The translations under genes and the position numbers were made by a program. 64,000 bases of DNA from Octopus sinensis (taxonomy: Eukaryota): NCBI RefSeq assembly GCF_006345805.1, contig NC_043000.1, forward strand, positions 41,664,001 through 41,728,000, in the 5' to 3' direction. The notes under the pieces were generated by a model that saw nothing but the letters and a program-made list of their open reading frames with translations, did not search any database and was not told where the DNA came from. Shown piece after piece: positions 25,608 to 40,066 of the stretch; within the stretch, counting starts at the first letter, position 1; every line of letters begins with the position of its first letter.

Positions 25608-28208
25608 CAGGGGTTGTAAAAAATTAATTGATTGATGAAAGACTAATTGCAACATATTGATTCAGTTAATTGATTGGAGTAGTACTGCCAATTAAATAAT
25701 TGATTGCTATCATATCAATTAATTGCAATTATTTGCAGTTAATTGCAACACTGTCAGCGAAAGGTTTTCAAATGACTCATACTTCATTCGACGTTAGTTG
25801 GTAAGTACAGCGTTCTTTTATTATTTAAGGTATTGTGTTGACGCTTTGCTCCGACTGCTGAGAATGATTCACACATTCTCTCGCGCTTAGGAATTGACTA
25901 TTGTGTATGTTGTCAAGTGTTGATGTTTGATTCGGACTACTGAGAATGATACCCATTCTATCATGCTTGGGAAGTGGCTATTGTGTATGTTGTCAAATAG
26001 CCGCTGTCGAGTGTTGACGCTTGGTTAGGACTGCCGAGAATGATTCACACATTCTGTCGTGTTTGGGAATTGGCTATTTTTTATGTTGCCAAATAATCGC
26101 TGACGAGTGATTTTTGGTTCTGATTGCCAAAAATGATTCACTAATTCTGACTTCAAGTCATTAAATCGTAACTTCGCCTACAACATGGTTATGTCTTGAA
26201 TTCCGCTCCAACATATTAACTGAATCAGACTTTCATCAGTGGAGTGACGAACTATCTTCTATTTTAAATTGTGGCGAAATATCTTTTGTTGTAAACTAAC
26301 CCATGCCACCTGAAAACGAGCAAATCGTCAGAAAATATTTCAGTGTGGAAAAATGTTGAGTCAGAATAAAGGAACTGGGTGAACAAATCTTATGAATCAT
26401 ATAAAAAAAAACAACCCCAGCATTCTGAGTATTCTACCGCACAAACAACTGGACAACCATCTTTATCGAGTTTTCTTTCACCGAGAAGTAGTTTGTTCCG
26501 TCGCTCGACCTTAAATGTTTAGGGTTAGATTGAGTGGGTATATGTTGGTTTAAAATTATTTTCCTTTACTGAAGACTCACTGACTCGTAAATACACAAAT
26601 TTGGGAAGTATGACAAATGTAACCTTAAAGAAATACTTGGAGAAACTTATTCAAGAAGTAGAAAAGAAAATAACTGATAAACGTCCAAGTAAATTTTCGT
26701 TGGCAATCGACCGGTTGGACTTTGGGTTCGACGCATTTCATTGGACTTTTTGCATCTTATTCGTGTAATTATCAAAATTACTATTGTACTATTTGGCTGG
26801 CATTTTCATCAATACTAAGTGAAACATCATTCACTGCTTCTGATTATGTCGAATTTATAGAGTATGTACTATGTGCCTATAACAAAAATTTAGAAAATGT
26901 TGTAGCCATTGCCGGAGATAATACTGAAGTGAACAAATCTACTGTGAATTTGTGTAGAATACCATTGGTTGGCTGTGCCTCACATGAATTCAATCTGGCT
27001 CTTTCTGCTTATCTCGACAAGCAGGAAGTTCTTGATAAAATTAGTATGTTGATGGGCAGGCTTAAATCATTAAAACCTGCGGGTAAACTTCGGGAAAGAA
27101 ACGCCTTTACAACCTATACAAAGAAATAAAACCCGTTGGTCCAGTACTTATGACATGACCGAAAGGTGTGTCTAACTCAAGCCGCTTTTAGATTCTTTTC
27201 AAGGTGATCCAAATCTGGTTGATTATTTGTTGGCTCCACGAGATCATAGTGACTTGTAGATATAAAAGACAATTTAGAAAGGTTACGCTTAGTAACAGTC
27301 ACCTTGCAAGGAACAGAAATATATTTGGGAGATGTTCGAATTCTTTTTGACGAAATTCTCGCATTGTATCCTTACGAGGAGTTAAAAAATTATTTGCTTC
27401 CATCGGCAGCCGTTGTGCACAGCCCAAATTTTAAAAGTGGAGTTGTGAAAATTTTATAACATGCAGAAGCAGAGCTAACTGCGGGTGAAGCGACTGTTCT
27501 CCATCAGCTGAAAGTGGTGACAGATACGTCACAACAGTGTAATTTACCCGTAGAAGATTATGATTTTGCTTCAATTTGTTTGAAAAAACACAAAAAAGAT
27601 AAAATTTCACCTCAGCAATATGTGAACTGTAGATTTTTGTTACCAACGTCCAACATCTTGGAACGTTTCTTCAGCTCAGCACGTTATGCTTTTAATGATT
27701 TCGGCAATATTTAACACCAAGGAATTTAGAAATACAATCAGATCTAAAAGTCAATCGCGCTTTCTGGGATGAAGAACTAGTTTCAGAAATTTGCAATCGT
27801 TCATGACTTTTTGCTATATTAGAACATTTTAATTCTGCTACTCGTTTGAGAAACTCTTTCAATTAAAGACCTTCAATTTATTTGTTTTTAATCTGCTGTA
27901 CAATGTAGAGTATACATGTAGTTTGTTCCCTATTCCATGTCAATAAAATTGAACTTGTAACGAACGTTTCCTGACGATAAAATTGTTTGAAACTATAAGA
28001 CATGCCTTTTATTTTCCCATCATTCTGGCTCTTATCTAAATGGAAGCTAACACTCCAAAATATATAGTGTTTTTACGTTCGGCAAAATAATTGACAATTA
28101 ATTGCAATTAATTGCAATAATTGATTGGCCTGTATTCCAATTAAAATTAATTGATCGCTAGGAAAATAATTGATTAAAAAGATTCCAACCAATTATTTAC
28201 AACCACTG
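25608..28208 (+). mobile_element. Near full-length decayed hAT DNA transposon
   Basis: TIRs CAGGGGTTGTAAAAAATT / AATTATTTACAACCACTG, TCATAA on both flanks, AATTG-rich subterminal repeats, and an internal ~80-95-bp tandem repeat (25836-26140). Confidence 0.9.
26303..27806 (+). pseudogene. hAT transposase pseudogene
   Basis: GTG*TNLMNHI (BED-like), FSLAID, AGDN, PLVGCASHEFNLA (CxxH), TRWSST, LPTSNILERFFSSA (dimerisation domain); several stops and frameshifts. Confidence 0.9.
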
Positions 28209-28427
28209 GTCATAAGTCATGTAGTATGTTAGTGACGAAGACGTTATTACTCATACCTCACACATGTGTACAACAATTTCATAGAATGCTACAACAAATT
28301 AAATGTTAGCTACACAATATATTTATTATTAATAAACATAAAACAAGAATGCATATTTAAAGAAATCTAGTGAAGTTTTCCATAAACTTTGGAAAAGAAG
28401 GGTATTCACTTTAATTTTATTCTAATA

Positions 28428-28835
28428 GTTATAGCGAAAGAAGTACCTTCGTGTTTAAGGGTACCGAGTCTAAAGAAGTTTCCTCTCACGATAAACCTTC
28501 GTCAAGTACTTCAATATTACATCGAGAGGAATACGCACATAGAGAGATATGTACTGCTTGCCTCTTACCAAAGTATACCTTAATAAAACTATCTAAAACA
28601 TGAGTGAACATGGCTCTCTGTAGTCTGTAGTTATGGCAAAAAAGTACCTTCGTGTTTGAATATAAGGGCACCAAAGCCAAGGAAGATTCCTCTCAAGATA
28701 AGATCTCGTCAACTACTTCCATATCACATCAAGAGGAATGTGGAATGGAGATATGTACTGCTTGCCTCTCACCGTAGCAAAACATAGTAAAACTAGCTAA
28801 AACGTGAGTGACTATGGCTTTCTATAGTCTTTAAG
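28428..28835. repeat. Diverged ~202-bp tandem duplication
   Basis: AAGTACCTTCGTGTTT and GAGATATGTACTGCTTGCCTCT each occur twice at ~200-bp spacing. Confidence 0.9.
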
Positions 28836-29319
28836 ATTATGTCGTCAAAATATACACCACTCCTGTACTGCAGGATTATACTGATCTCTAAACATTAGAG
28901 GCCGTGTGCCTGTTATATATCATCATTAATATACATTATTTTGCTGTTGTTGTTGTAATTGTTCTTTATATGTTTCCACACTCTTTCTGCTCTAAAACAC
29001 ACACACATATACATTCATAAATATTCAAATATACAGAGACAAACAAAATACAAACACACACATACGAGCGCGCGCACACATACACAGACGCACCCCTATA
29101 TAAGCATTTTTGTCATACTCTATAATTATATACAACACATGCGTGCTCGTGCGTAGATATGACACAATGAGAGATAGACAGAGGGACAAAGTAAGAGAAA
29201 GATAGTGGGGGGGGAGAGAGAGAGGTGGGGGAAACAAAAAGAAAAGCGATTGTGTGTACGAGTTTGTAGTTAACACTATCATGTTCATCTCTCGCTCATT
29301 ATTCATATTTTTCGTCTAA

Positions 29320-29430
<111 letters not shown>

Positions 29431-29527
29431 ATATATAATATATATATAGATTCAAAATGTGACCGCGTGTGTACCGTTCGCGATTTTTTTCCTCTGTCTT
29501 CCTTCTCTGGATCTTTCGTTCTCCTAT

Positions 29528-29562
29528 GTTTCCGACGAAGAGCTCCGCTCGAAACGTTAAAC
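29528..29562 (+). ncRNA. Minimal hammerhead motif in a Penelope-like pLTR relic (~29455-29635)
   Basis: GTTT-CCGACGA-A-GAGC-TCC-GCTC-GAAA-CG-TT-AAAC; perfect stems I and II, U4>C in the core. A related flank fragment lies at ~6350-6400. Confidence 0.7.
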
Positions 29563-31049
29563 CCTCCTTCTTTCCTTCTTTCCTGAGCGTCCAATAATAC
29601 TATATTTGTTCCACGTCCTCGCGTTGTTGTGTTTTTGGGGATTAACTATATATATATATATATATTAGTGCTTATACAAAATAATTTTTTGAAGATTAAT
29701 TTTCGAAATAAAATGAAGAGTAATGGTTTCGAATTTTGGCACAAAACCAGCAATATTTTGGGAAAGGGTACGTCAATTACATCGACTCAGTGCTCGACTA
29801 GTACTTATTTCATTTACCCCGAAGGTGTCGATGAAATAAGTCCTAATCGAGCACTAGTTAAGAGTTAGATGAACACTCCTTTGGAGCAGTAGGGTGTAGC
29901 TTATCCCAAGTAATGTTTCTTTACAAATATCTTACGTTTGGCATGTAATTTCTTGCAATGTAATTTCTTGCCAATGTTCACTAAGCTGATACATAAGGTT
30001 ACTCAGTCGGCTGTTAGCACAAGGAGGGAGTACGCGCACAGTAATTGCATCTCGCAATGTAACAAACCATCCCCGCACCTTTCTAAAAAGTAATTTTTCT
30101 AAATCATATATTTTCTTTTATTATCTTATATATGTGTCCTAAGGTTCAGTTGTGGCATACACAACATAATGTCGATTTGTATTGTTTTCGTTTTTGTAAT
30201 ACATAATAACGATGATTTTGGAGGAAATACCTCCAAAATGCTGTCGCGAAAGTTCTCAACAAAGTTTCACATTGTGCCCCAGATCAAAGGATTGAAGGAC
30301 AAAGAATAGCTATCAGAAGTTTTCGAAATCCATCTGCTTGGATCATTCATTCGTGGTTTGTGTTCACTGCAATGGTGTGGGTGACAAGGATGAGAATGCA
30401 AGCAGTGACAAGAACTAGATAGTAAACACCAAACGGTTTACCAACTGAAATTCTACTCTATTTGTTTGCCTACCTTAGTAGTTTGTCATTTCTTTTCCAT
30501 TGTCCAATACATGAAACTTTCTTTCTGTAAGATTAAAATGTATTTTGAGAAATAAATTGTATTGAAACACTTGATAAATAATTGTAAATCTAATAAGAAA
30601 TAAAACAAAATATCACACTCCACTTACTAACGGTGTTTTAATATCCCACCGCACCAACCGATGGTTAAAGATAAAACAATTTGTAAGGATAAGAGTTCTT
30701 AGTATGTTACATACTCCATACTTTACCTAAGCTGCAGAAGACTCCAAAAGCAGAGAGCACAAGTATTAATCATAGCACAGGTATTAATTACGCACGCGCA
30801 CACACAAGCTAATGGAATCTTTTGATTACATAATGTTTGTGATTCTTGTACGCAGCCAGTTTTGGTTGTAGACTAATTAAAATAACAACATTGAAACAAC
30901 AGAATTATCTGATCTCTTCGCTTCTCGCATGCCTGTTATAGTCACCCCTTCTAATTCCTATATAAATTAGAACGTTACTTATTAAAATACCGCTTACCCA
31001 ACGTTGGTTAGATTTGGCATCATCAACGTATTATTTGACCACTTTATGC

Positions 31050-31770
31050 CTGTTTAAAATTTTATCTGAAGATGGTGGTTTCTATGGTATGATGTAATCA
31101 GTTGATACATGAATAAAATTCTACCAAAATAGGTTTTATTATATTTTAAATGTCCTTCAGATTCTTTTATAAAACCGAATGGTTGGGGAGAGGAGTTGCG
31201 GAAAATTTACAGGACCCAACATTTTCCCCCTCATAACTTTCTGGAAAATAAGTATTTTTTAATGAAATTTTACACAAACACCTTTCAAACGATGTAGATT
31301 ACAATTACATAGAAATCTGTAGGCAAAGTATTTGGAATATAGAGGTGGGGAGGAGTTTCAGATCAGACGGTCCACTAAATTGGAATTTCTCCATTCTAAT
31401 GGGGATGTTTTCTAATGTTTTTCACCATAGTCTTCCAAATGATTGGAGGTATCTTTTCACGAAAAATAAAAAGAAAAAAATTTTTATCATTTTTTACACT
31501 ACCACCACCTCCTTACCATTCCAGTCCGAAGTGATTTTGGCAATTTTTTCTTTTCACTACACACTTAAAATGTGTGAGAGAAACATTTTCGGTTTTTAAA
31601 AAATTGCTAATAATTTCAGAAGAAAATGTGTGAAATAAGAGAGGTCTGGCTGTCGTTTCTAGCACATCCCAAAACCTCCTTCCTCGTTTCTTTCCCACTC
31701 ATACATCAATTGATATTTTTCAGTATATTTCTCCCCATAAACAAATGTAGTCCCAGCCGAGCGAGACCGT
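31050..31770 (+). mobile_element. Probable non-autonomous Helitron-like repeat, decayed
   Basis: Ends in a GC-rich CCCAGCCGAGCGAGACCG hairpin-like stretch; no terminal CTAG seen. Confidence 0.3.
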
Positions 31771-33074
31771 GTCGTGTGAGTGTGTGTGTAAGAAAACAAA
31801 ACACCTAAAACATCTTTCGTATTCATATTAATCTCATTTGCTCACGTTATTTTGAATTATTCAGGTTCAAGAGGGGTGTCTACAATATTTGCTTGTAACT
31901 TTGCATATAGATTTGAAGTTTTGTCAGTGGGTGCTTTATATACCACTGGTTTATTGTTGTGTAATGTTAATTGATCATGCTGAGTAAATTTGACTTTTAT
32001 GGGCAGGTAAATTTAATTAACAGGTGTAAAGGCAATAGCATTATGGATAAACACTAAAATTGAAATTCTTAATGTAACTTACCTGTTTGATTTGTTGCTA
32101 AAATTATCCCAAATGGCAACCAACAAAAATTTCACCACCTTCAAGATGAGGCACATTAATTTGAATTAATTAAAATACAGGTATAATGGGTACAATATTT
32201 TATTCTTTCGGTAAATATTTCATACCTTGGTATGGAATAATTTTTGCCCACAGTTTTTTTCGAGTGCATTCAACGTATCGGACCTTCAAACCCGTCGCTA
32301 GTCACTTTTTGCCAGAAAAGAAAGATGAGAGGGGTAGTGGGGACATCGAAGTTTCGCACCAAAAGAGTTTTGTTTCGTGGATCTTTTCTACTTTTCCAGG
32401 TTATTTTGCATACTTACAACGAATGTGACATCGAAATCACGCGTAAACGGCTCCTTTAACCAGAAGAGGAAATATTTGGCTGCTATTTCTAGCATGTCCT
32501 GTTACCACGTAACAGCTATTTTACCAACTTTTTCCTTCCGTTTATTTTTTCTACTTTATGGAAGTCGATGTTTTCTCTGTTGATATCTATCTCAGTAATT
32601 TTGCGTTTCTCACTGTTCTGTGCTTTCTGGAAGAAAAGCCTTCACATTATCTCAAAGCTACGAGAATACACTAACGTGATTTGTTTACTTTTGAAGTAGA
32701 TTTCGTGGAGGAATTAGATACAACGGGTTTTGGCCGGTTTAAACACTAAAGAGTTAAAATGTGCCAAGACTATAAAATCAGCGTTTTGGGTTTTTTTGAG
32801 GGTTTTAGAACCCCAAAACTATATATATATATTTTTTTTGCTCAGAGTTAAAAAATGCTGATTTTATAGTTTTAAATTTCAAAGGGCCTAAAAAATGCTG
32901 ATGTTATAGTTTTGGCTCTTTCTTAGGCTTTAAAAGACTTTTAGTGCCAGAAAATGGTAACAAAATACTCATTTGAAACAAAATATTAGTATTAAACTAA
33001 AAAAAACGTTTATTGATAAAGTTGCCGTAAAAAAATAAAAATAAAGGAAATGAAAAACACGATATATACATAAT

Positions 33075-33806
33075 TTAATTTTTCTTCTTCTTCTCTATTT
33101 TGTTGATGAGATTCACGTTGCTCTTCATGAAAATTAACATACTCAACTTTTCACCAGATAAGGGCGATCTCTTGGCACTCAAGATGTCCTTGCCCATGGA
33201 AAATAAACATTCAACTGCAGCACTGGAAAGGAAGGCTCTGTTAAATTTCATGAACGAGTCCATCAATACTTGCTCACTCAAGACGGCAGCATCTGTCAGT
33301 AGATCTTTGGAGTTGGTCTCCAACCAGGTCTTTATTAAATTCTGGTCCTACTCTCTATTTGTTGGATGACACCACTGTAGCGCTCACTTCCTCAGACTGC
33401 TGCCTCATGGCCCCCTCGACTTTAGCTTTCATGCTTCTCATCACTTTGGTGAACTTGGTGCTATCATACCTAACCAAAGAGATCAGGTGAAACTTGAGGT
33501 GGAAGGCAGCAGCCAGTTGGTATTCCTCATCGTCCAGGAGGGTTGCAAATCTTTTATCGATGCCTGCCAAAAGTGTGTCGACCAAGGGATCAAAACTGCG
33601 TCGACCAAGGAGCCAAAACTGCGACGACCAAGAGGCTGTGGCAGACGAGTTTTGAGTTAACACTTAAATTAACGGAAGCTAAATGTAACAGAAGTAAATT
33701 AGTCGGATAATGATTTTCAAAGTTAACTTAAAAGTTAATTCTTTAATGAAAATGTTAACTTCGTTAATTGACGATTAACAGATTAACGGACTTACGCCCA
33801 GCTCTG
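33075..33806 (-). mobile_element. Internally deleted hAT element
   Basis: 5' TIR CAGAGCTGGGCG (from 33806) with GTTAA subterminal repeats; GIDKRF..LAAAFHLKF and SSAAVECLFSMGKDILSAKRSPLS..IFMKSN (dimerisation domain). Confidence 0.8.
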
Positions 33807-33921
33807 TATATACATGCATTATATATATATACACATACATATACATATGTGTGTATGTGTAGAAGGTTTAAAAGGAACACACGAGTTGATATATATGGAA
33901 AAAAGTCAAAGTGCAGACTTA

Positions 33922-33957
33922 CAGTTGAAAAAGTCTCAATGACTGAAACCGGTACTG
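33922..33957 (+). ncRNA. Degenerate minimal hammerhead motif
   Basis: CAG-TTGAAAA-AGTC-TCAAT-GACT-GAAA-CCGG-TA-CTG; stems intact, two core substitutions. Confidence 0.55.
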
Positions 33958-34008
33958 AAATGTTTTTTATATGATTATTTTAGCATTTTCTACTGACTTT
34001 TTTCCATG

Positions 34009-34042
<34 letters not shown>

Positions 34043-34085
34043 ACATATACATACATACATACATATATATATATATAATATATAT

Positions 34086-34121
<36 letters not shown>

Positions 34122-34192
34122 GATATATATATATATATAACACCCCTTTAAACCTGCCTAAATGTATAAATGCCAATACAATTCTTGTAACT

Positions 34193-34243
34193 AGCTTCCT
34201 GAAGATTTCTCTTGAATGAAACAGTTCTAGTCCTGTAGAAGCT
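34193..34243 (+). ncRNA. Type I hammerhead ribozyme, near intact
   Basis: AGCTTC-CTGAAGA-T-TTC-TCTT-GAA-T-GAAA-CAG-TTCTAGTC-CTG-TA-GAAGCT: 6-bp stem I, full core, 3-bp stem II, 4-bp stem III, GUA cleavage predicted after 34237. Confidence 0.8.
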
Positions 34244-34319
34244 CCTTCTATAATAAATTAATTTTACTCTGCTATGTATTGAGTACCTTATTTACTGTGG
34301 TTAACCCCGAATCAACCCG

Positions 34320-34328
34320 GGACCTACA

Positions 34329-34372
<44 letters not shown>

Positions 34373-35389
34373 GATAGATAGATAGATAGATAGATATATG
34401 TCTGCATGTATGTATATATGTATGTATATGCATATATATATATGGTGTGTATATATGTGTATATATACATGCACATATATATGTATTTATATATACGCAT
34501 ATATATGTATATATACATATACATATATATAAATATACATATATATATACATACACACATACATATTAAAATGAATATAGTGACGCATTAAGCTGCCAGG
34601 CTGGGTGCGTGTATGTTTATAAACATCGCATACGTGCAAAAGTTAATAATGCTACTGGTCTCAGTGTGGACGGAAGACTAAGGCTAGAATATAATGTTTA
34701 AATAATAGGAAAAGTCATTTTAGTTCATGAGTATGGCAAAATTAATAGCGAAATAAAAATTCTCATATATACATATACATACATGCATATATGTAATATA
34801 TATATATACTATATATATATTATATATATATATATATGATTTAACAGAATTTAGTTTATGAAACAAATAAAATATCTAGTTCAACGTATTGAGATATTAA
34901 ATATCATATTCCCTAAATCAATTTAACACGCTGAAATAAAACTTTAATTATACATGTCGAAATGCATATTGGCAGGCATTAAAGTATCATGAACTGGGTA
35001 CATACGTACTCAACGCGAATATTATCACAAACACACACACACACACACATACACTCACACACACTCACACACAGGCACGCGCGCGCGCACGCACACACAC
35101 ACACGCAAGCGCGCGTCTACAGACAGTTTTGGTAATCTAATCTATTCTCAAGCATTTTACTCTGTGGTCCAATCGTTTTCTTTATATTCGTCCATTTCTT
35201 TTATTGTGGTAGATGCAATTTATACACATAGATACATACCTAATAAATATATATGTATGTATGTATGTGTGTGTGTGTGTGTAGATAATATACATGTGTA
35301 TATAGTATGTATGTAAGTATACATACAATGTGTACATATATACAATATAAAATTATATAATATATATATATATATATTATATATGAATG

Positions 35390-35448
<59 letters not shown>

Positions 35449-35630
35449 TATATATACATATATATATATATACATAGATATATATATATTATATATATAT
35501 ATATATACAATTTGCATATAGTATGTATGTATGTAAGTATACATACAATACATACAATTAGTATGTATGTAAGTATACATACAAAGTGTACATAGATACA
35601 AACATAGAATATATATATATATATAAATGT

Positions 35631-35673
<43 letters not shown>

Positions 35674-36842
35674 TATATATATATACACATATATTTGCAT
35701 ACGTGTATATGTATGTGTGTGTGTATATATATATATTTCTTTACTACCCACAAGGGGCTAAACATAGAGGGGACAAACAAGGACAGACAAAGGGAGTAAG
35801 TCGAAAGTGGTACTTTATTTATCGACCCTGAAAGGATGAAAGGTAAAGTCGACCTCGGCGGAATTTGAACCCAGAACGTAACGACAGACGAAAAACCGCA
35901 AAGCATTTCGCCCGGCGCGCTAACGTTTCTGCCAGCTCGCCGCCTTTTGTATATATATATATGTGTGTATGTATGTATGTATGTATGTGTGTATGTATGT
36001 ATGTATGTATGTGTGTATGTATGTATGTGTGTATGTATGTATGTATGTATGCATATACGTATATATGCATGTATGTAAGTATGGATGTATGTAGGTCCAA
36101 AAAGGCACCCCACGCATATACGTAGACGTCCGTATAGTTATAGCAACTACGCTCCTTCGTATTAACCACTACCACCGCCACTACGACGACCATCACCACC
36201 ACTACCAACACCACCTTCATCAACACCACCAATACCACCAACCAATGCTACCAGCACACCCATCACCATCAACTCGACAGCCACCGAACATAACCTCCCC
36301 CACTCCGTCTCTCTCCTCCTCTCTTTCTACCTGACAGGTTGTTGAAAGAAAAAATACCAAGAAAAAAACAAATAACCAAATATTACAAAAGAATGGTGTG
36401 TATATATGTGTGAGTGTGTATGTGTGTGTATGCATTATATAGACACAAACAAGTAAACATACGTATCAGTGTGTGCGTCTGAGTATACATACATATATGC
36501 ATATATATGTATATAGTTATATATATACATATATATATATACACATGCATATATGTATGTATATGTATTATATATATATATATGTATACATGTATGAGTA
36601 TATATATATACATATATGAATATATATATGTATATATAAATATATATATATATATACATCTATATATATATTATACACATACATGTATACATATATACGT
36701 ATATATATATACATACATATAGCATGTTTATATATATATACATAATATATATTTGTATATGTTATATATATACCATACATGTATACATATATATATATAA
36801 TATTATATATATATATATAATATATATATATACAAATCTATT

Positions 36843-36873
<31 letters not shown>

Positions 36874-37292
36874 CATATCTATATACATACATATATACAT
36901 GTATATATATATATATACATGTATATTATATATTATATATATGTGGAAAGATTAATAGATTTATACATACACACATGCACATATACATAGATACATATAC
37001 ACACGCACGCACGTATATATATATATATAATATATATATATATAGATATATATATATATATATATAATATATATGTGTGTGTGTGTGTGTGTGTATGTGT
37101 GTGTATATGTATATGCTATGTATATGTATGTATATATGTATGTATATATATATATGTTTACGTATATGCTATTTATGATATGTATGTATATGTATGTATG
37201 TGTGTATATATATAGAGAAAGAGAAAGAGGGGGGAGTGATGCGTCTATATATACATATATATTTATATGTACATACGTATTTCTGTATATAG

Positions 37293-37323
<31 letters not shown>

Positions 37324-37370
37324 CTCACACACACACACACACGCACACACACACACGCACACATACAACA
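34320..37370. repeat. Extended degenerate (TA)n/(TACA)n/(CA)n low-complexity blocks
   Basis: Directly visible; similar blocks at 20460-20750 and 57760-58240. Confidence 0.95.
35736..35946 (-). mobile_element. SINE family C with alternative (C2) tail
   Basis: GGCGGCGAGCTGGCAGAAACGTTAGC head; tail TTTAGCCCCTTGTGGGTAGTAAAGAAATA. Confidence 0.85.
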
Positions 37371-37802
37371 AGGCAGCTATATCTTAACCTATGCTTTTAT
37401 ACCAAAAGTATATAAACAGGTTGAATTATTTGAATGATGTCCCACAAACACAGCGCAGCGACCTATTTTTTCAACAGCTTACCCTTTCCTTCGCTTTGTC
37501 TCTATTTTCATTTCTTTCTTTTTCTCTGTAATTCTTTTTTTCACTCATTCTTTCCTTCTTTTCTTCTTCCTTTTCTTCTCGACGGTGTCCTATCTCTCAC
37601 ATTTTTCCTGACCATCGTTCATTGATTATGTTACGTCCGCCTGCCTGCCTGACTGCCTGCCTGACTGTATGTATGGATGCATGGATGCATGGATCTTGTA
37701 CCTTTTACTTTTTTTTCAGGCAGTAGACTGTGGCCATGCTGGAGCACCGACTTGAAGAATTTTAGCCACACAAACCGAGCTCTGCACATATTTTTTAAAA
37801 AC

Positions 37803-38697
37803 GTGTCTTCTGCTATAGCCCCGGGCCGACCAATGCCTTGTGAGTGGATTTGGTAGATGGAAACTGAAAGAAGCCTGTCGTATATATATGTATATATATA
37901 TGTATATATATATGTATATATATATGTATATATACGTATGTGTGTGTGTGTTTGTGTGTATGTGTTTGTGTGTCTGTGTTTGTCCCCCTAGCATTGCTTG
38001 ACAACCGATGGTGGTGTGTTTACGTCCCCGTCACTTAGCGGTTCGGCAAAAGAGACCGATAGAATAAGTACTGGGCTTACAAAGAATAAGTCCCGGGGTC
38101 GATTTGCTCGACTAAAGGCGGTGCTCCAGCATGGCCGCAGTCAAATGACTGAAACAAGTAAAAGAGTAAAAGAGTATATCTTATCGTTCTGTATTGTCCA
38201 AGCTCATTGGCAGGAGACAGGCACACCAACAACGATGGCCAAGCAGTGATTGGGGACGAACCAAGGCAAAAATACTCACACACTCATAAATATATATGCG
38301 CGAGTATGTATATGTGTGGTAAGAAGCTTGCTTCCCAGCCACATGGTTCCGGGTTCAGTCTCCCTGTGTGGTACCTTGGGCAAGTATTTTCTACTATAGC
38401 GTCGGGCCGACCAAAGCCTTGTGAGTGGATTTGATAGGTGGAAACGCCAATCAACCCCTCGTGTATTTGTATGTGTATATATATTTATGCGTGTCTGTCT
38501 TTGTGTCTATTTTTTTCCCACCACCACCATCACTTGACAACCGATGTTGGTGTGTTTATATACCCGTAACTTAGCGCTTCGGCGAAAGAGACTATTAGAA
38601 TAAGTCCTTGGGTCGGTTTCTTCGGCCAAAGCCCTTTAAGGCGGTGCTCCATCATGATCCCAGTCAAAGAAGTGAAACGTATGAAAGAATAAAAGAA
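37803..38697 (+). mobile_element. Two SINE family A copies (37803-38175 headless; 38313-38697)
   Basis: GCCTTGTGAGTGGATTTG central domain and AAGGCGGTGCTCCA tail. Confidence 0.9.
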
Positions 38698-38813
38698 TAT
38701 AGAGGCTTAAAATTGCGATTGACCCACTGATGAGGAGTTGGTGACCATCTATGTCTGTTTCCCGTTTGTCTGTGCATTTATTATGTTTTTCTAACTCATA
38801 ACATAATATATAC

Positions 38814-38846
<33 letters not shown>

Positions 38847-39414
38847 GGACAATGGCCCAGTGGTTGGGGCATCGGGCTCGTGGTCATAGCATTGCAGTTT
38901 CGATTCCCAGATCGGACGTTGTGAGTATATATTGAGAGAAAACAGTTAAAGCTGCATGGGGCTCCGGCAGCGGGTAGTGGCGTACACTGAGTATTCCGTT
39001 GTTAGAGACAAAGTATTATGGAAGTTCTAAACAGAGAAATTCACAGTTCATAAGGAATGAAATAAAAAATAAAGAGTAAAAGTAGATATACAGACAGGAT
39101 AATGAAAATTCACAATTCATCTTTACCACAGGAGGTTGGTCCATACTTCCGTACGCTTTTGCTTTTATTATCCTGCCTGTATCCTTATATCTAATTTTAT
39201 TCTTCAATCTTATTCCTTATAAACTGCGAATTTCCCTATCTAGAAATTTCATACGTACTCATTTTCTCTCTGATAACGGAATATCCATGATAGCCTATCA
39301 CTTGGGATATCCCAGAAACGGCTGTGAGATTTCAAATTAACCTTACGCTAATTAAATTGTTATAAATGACTTGAGATACTCGTCGTGCCTAGGTTTTAAT
39401 GTCCTTTTCGTTTA

Positions 39415-39459
<45 letters not shown>

Positions 39460-40066
39460 ATCTTCTATCTATCTATCTATCTATCTATATATATATATAT
39501 ATGGACAATGGCCCAGTGGTTGGGGCATCGGGCTCGTGGTCATAGCATTGCAGTTCGATTCCAGATCGGACGTTGTGAGTATATATTGAGAGAAAACAGT
39601 TAAAGCTGCATGGGGCTCCGGCAGCGGTAGTGGCGTACACTGAGTATTCCGTTGTTAGAGACCAAAGTATTATGGAAGTTCTAAACAGAGAAATTCACAG
39701 TTCATAAGGAATGAAATAAAAAATAAAGAGTAAAAGTAGATATACAGACAGGATAATGAAAATTCACAATTCATCTTTACCACAGGAGGTTGGTCCATAC
39801 TTCCGTACGCTTTTGCTTTTATTATCCTGCCTGTATCCTTATATCTAATTTTATTCTTCAATCTTATTCCTTATAAAACTGGAATTTCCCTATCTAGAAA
39901 TTTCATACGTACATTTTTCTCTCTGATAACGGAATATCCATGATAGCCTATCACTTGGGATATCCCAGAAACGGCTGTGAGATTCAAATTAACCTTACGC
40001 TAATTAAATTGTTATAAATGACTTGAGATACTCGTCGTGCCTAGGTTTTAATGTCCTTTTCGTTTA

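Noticed and set aside
34272-37387. Many YI/CV/HT-repeat ORFs here and across the window
   Set aside because: Translations of (TA)n, (TG)n and (TACA)n tracts.
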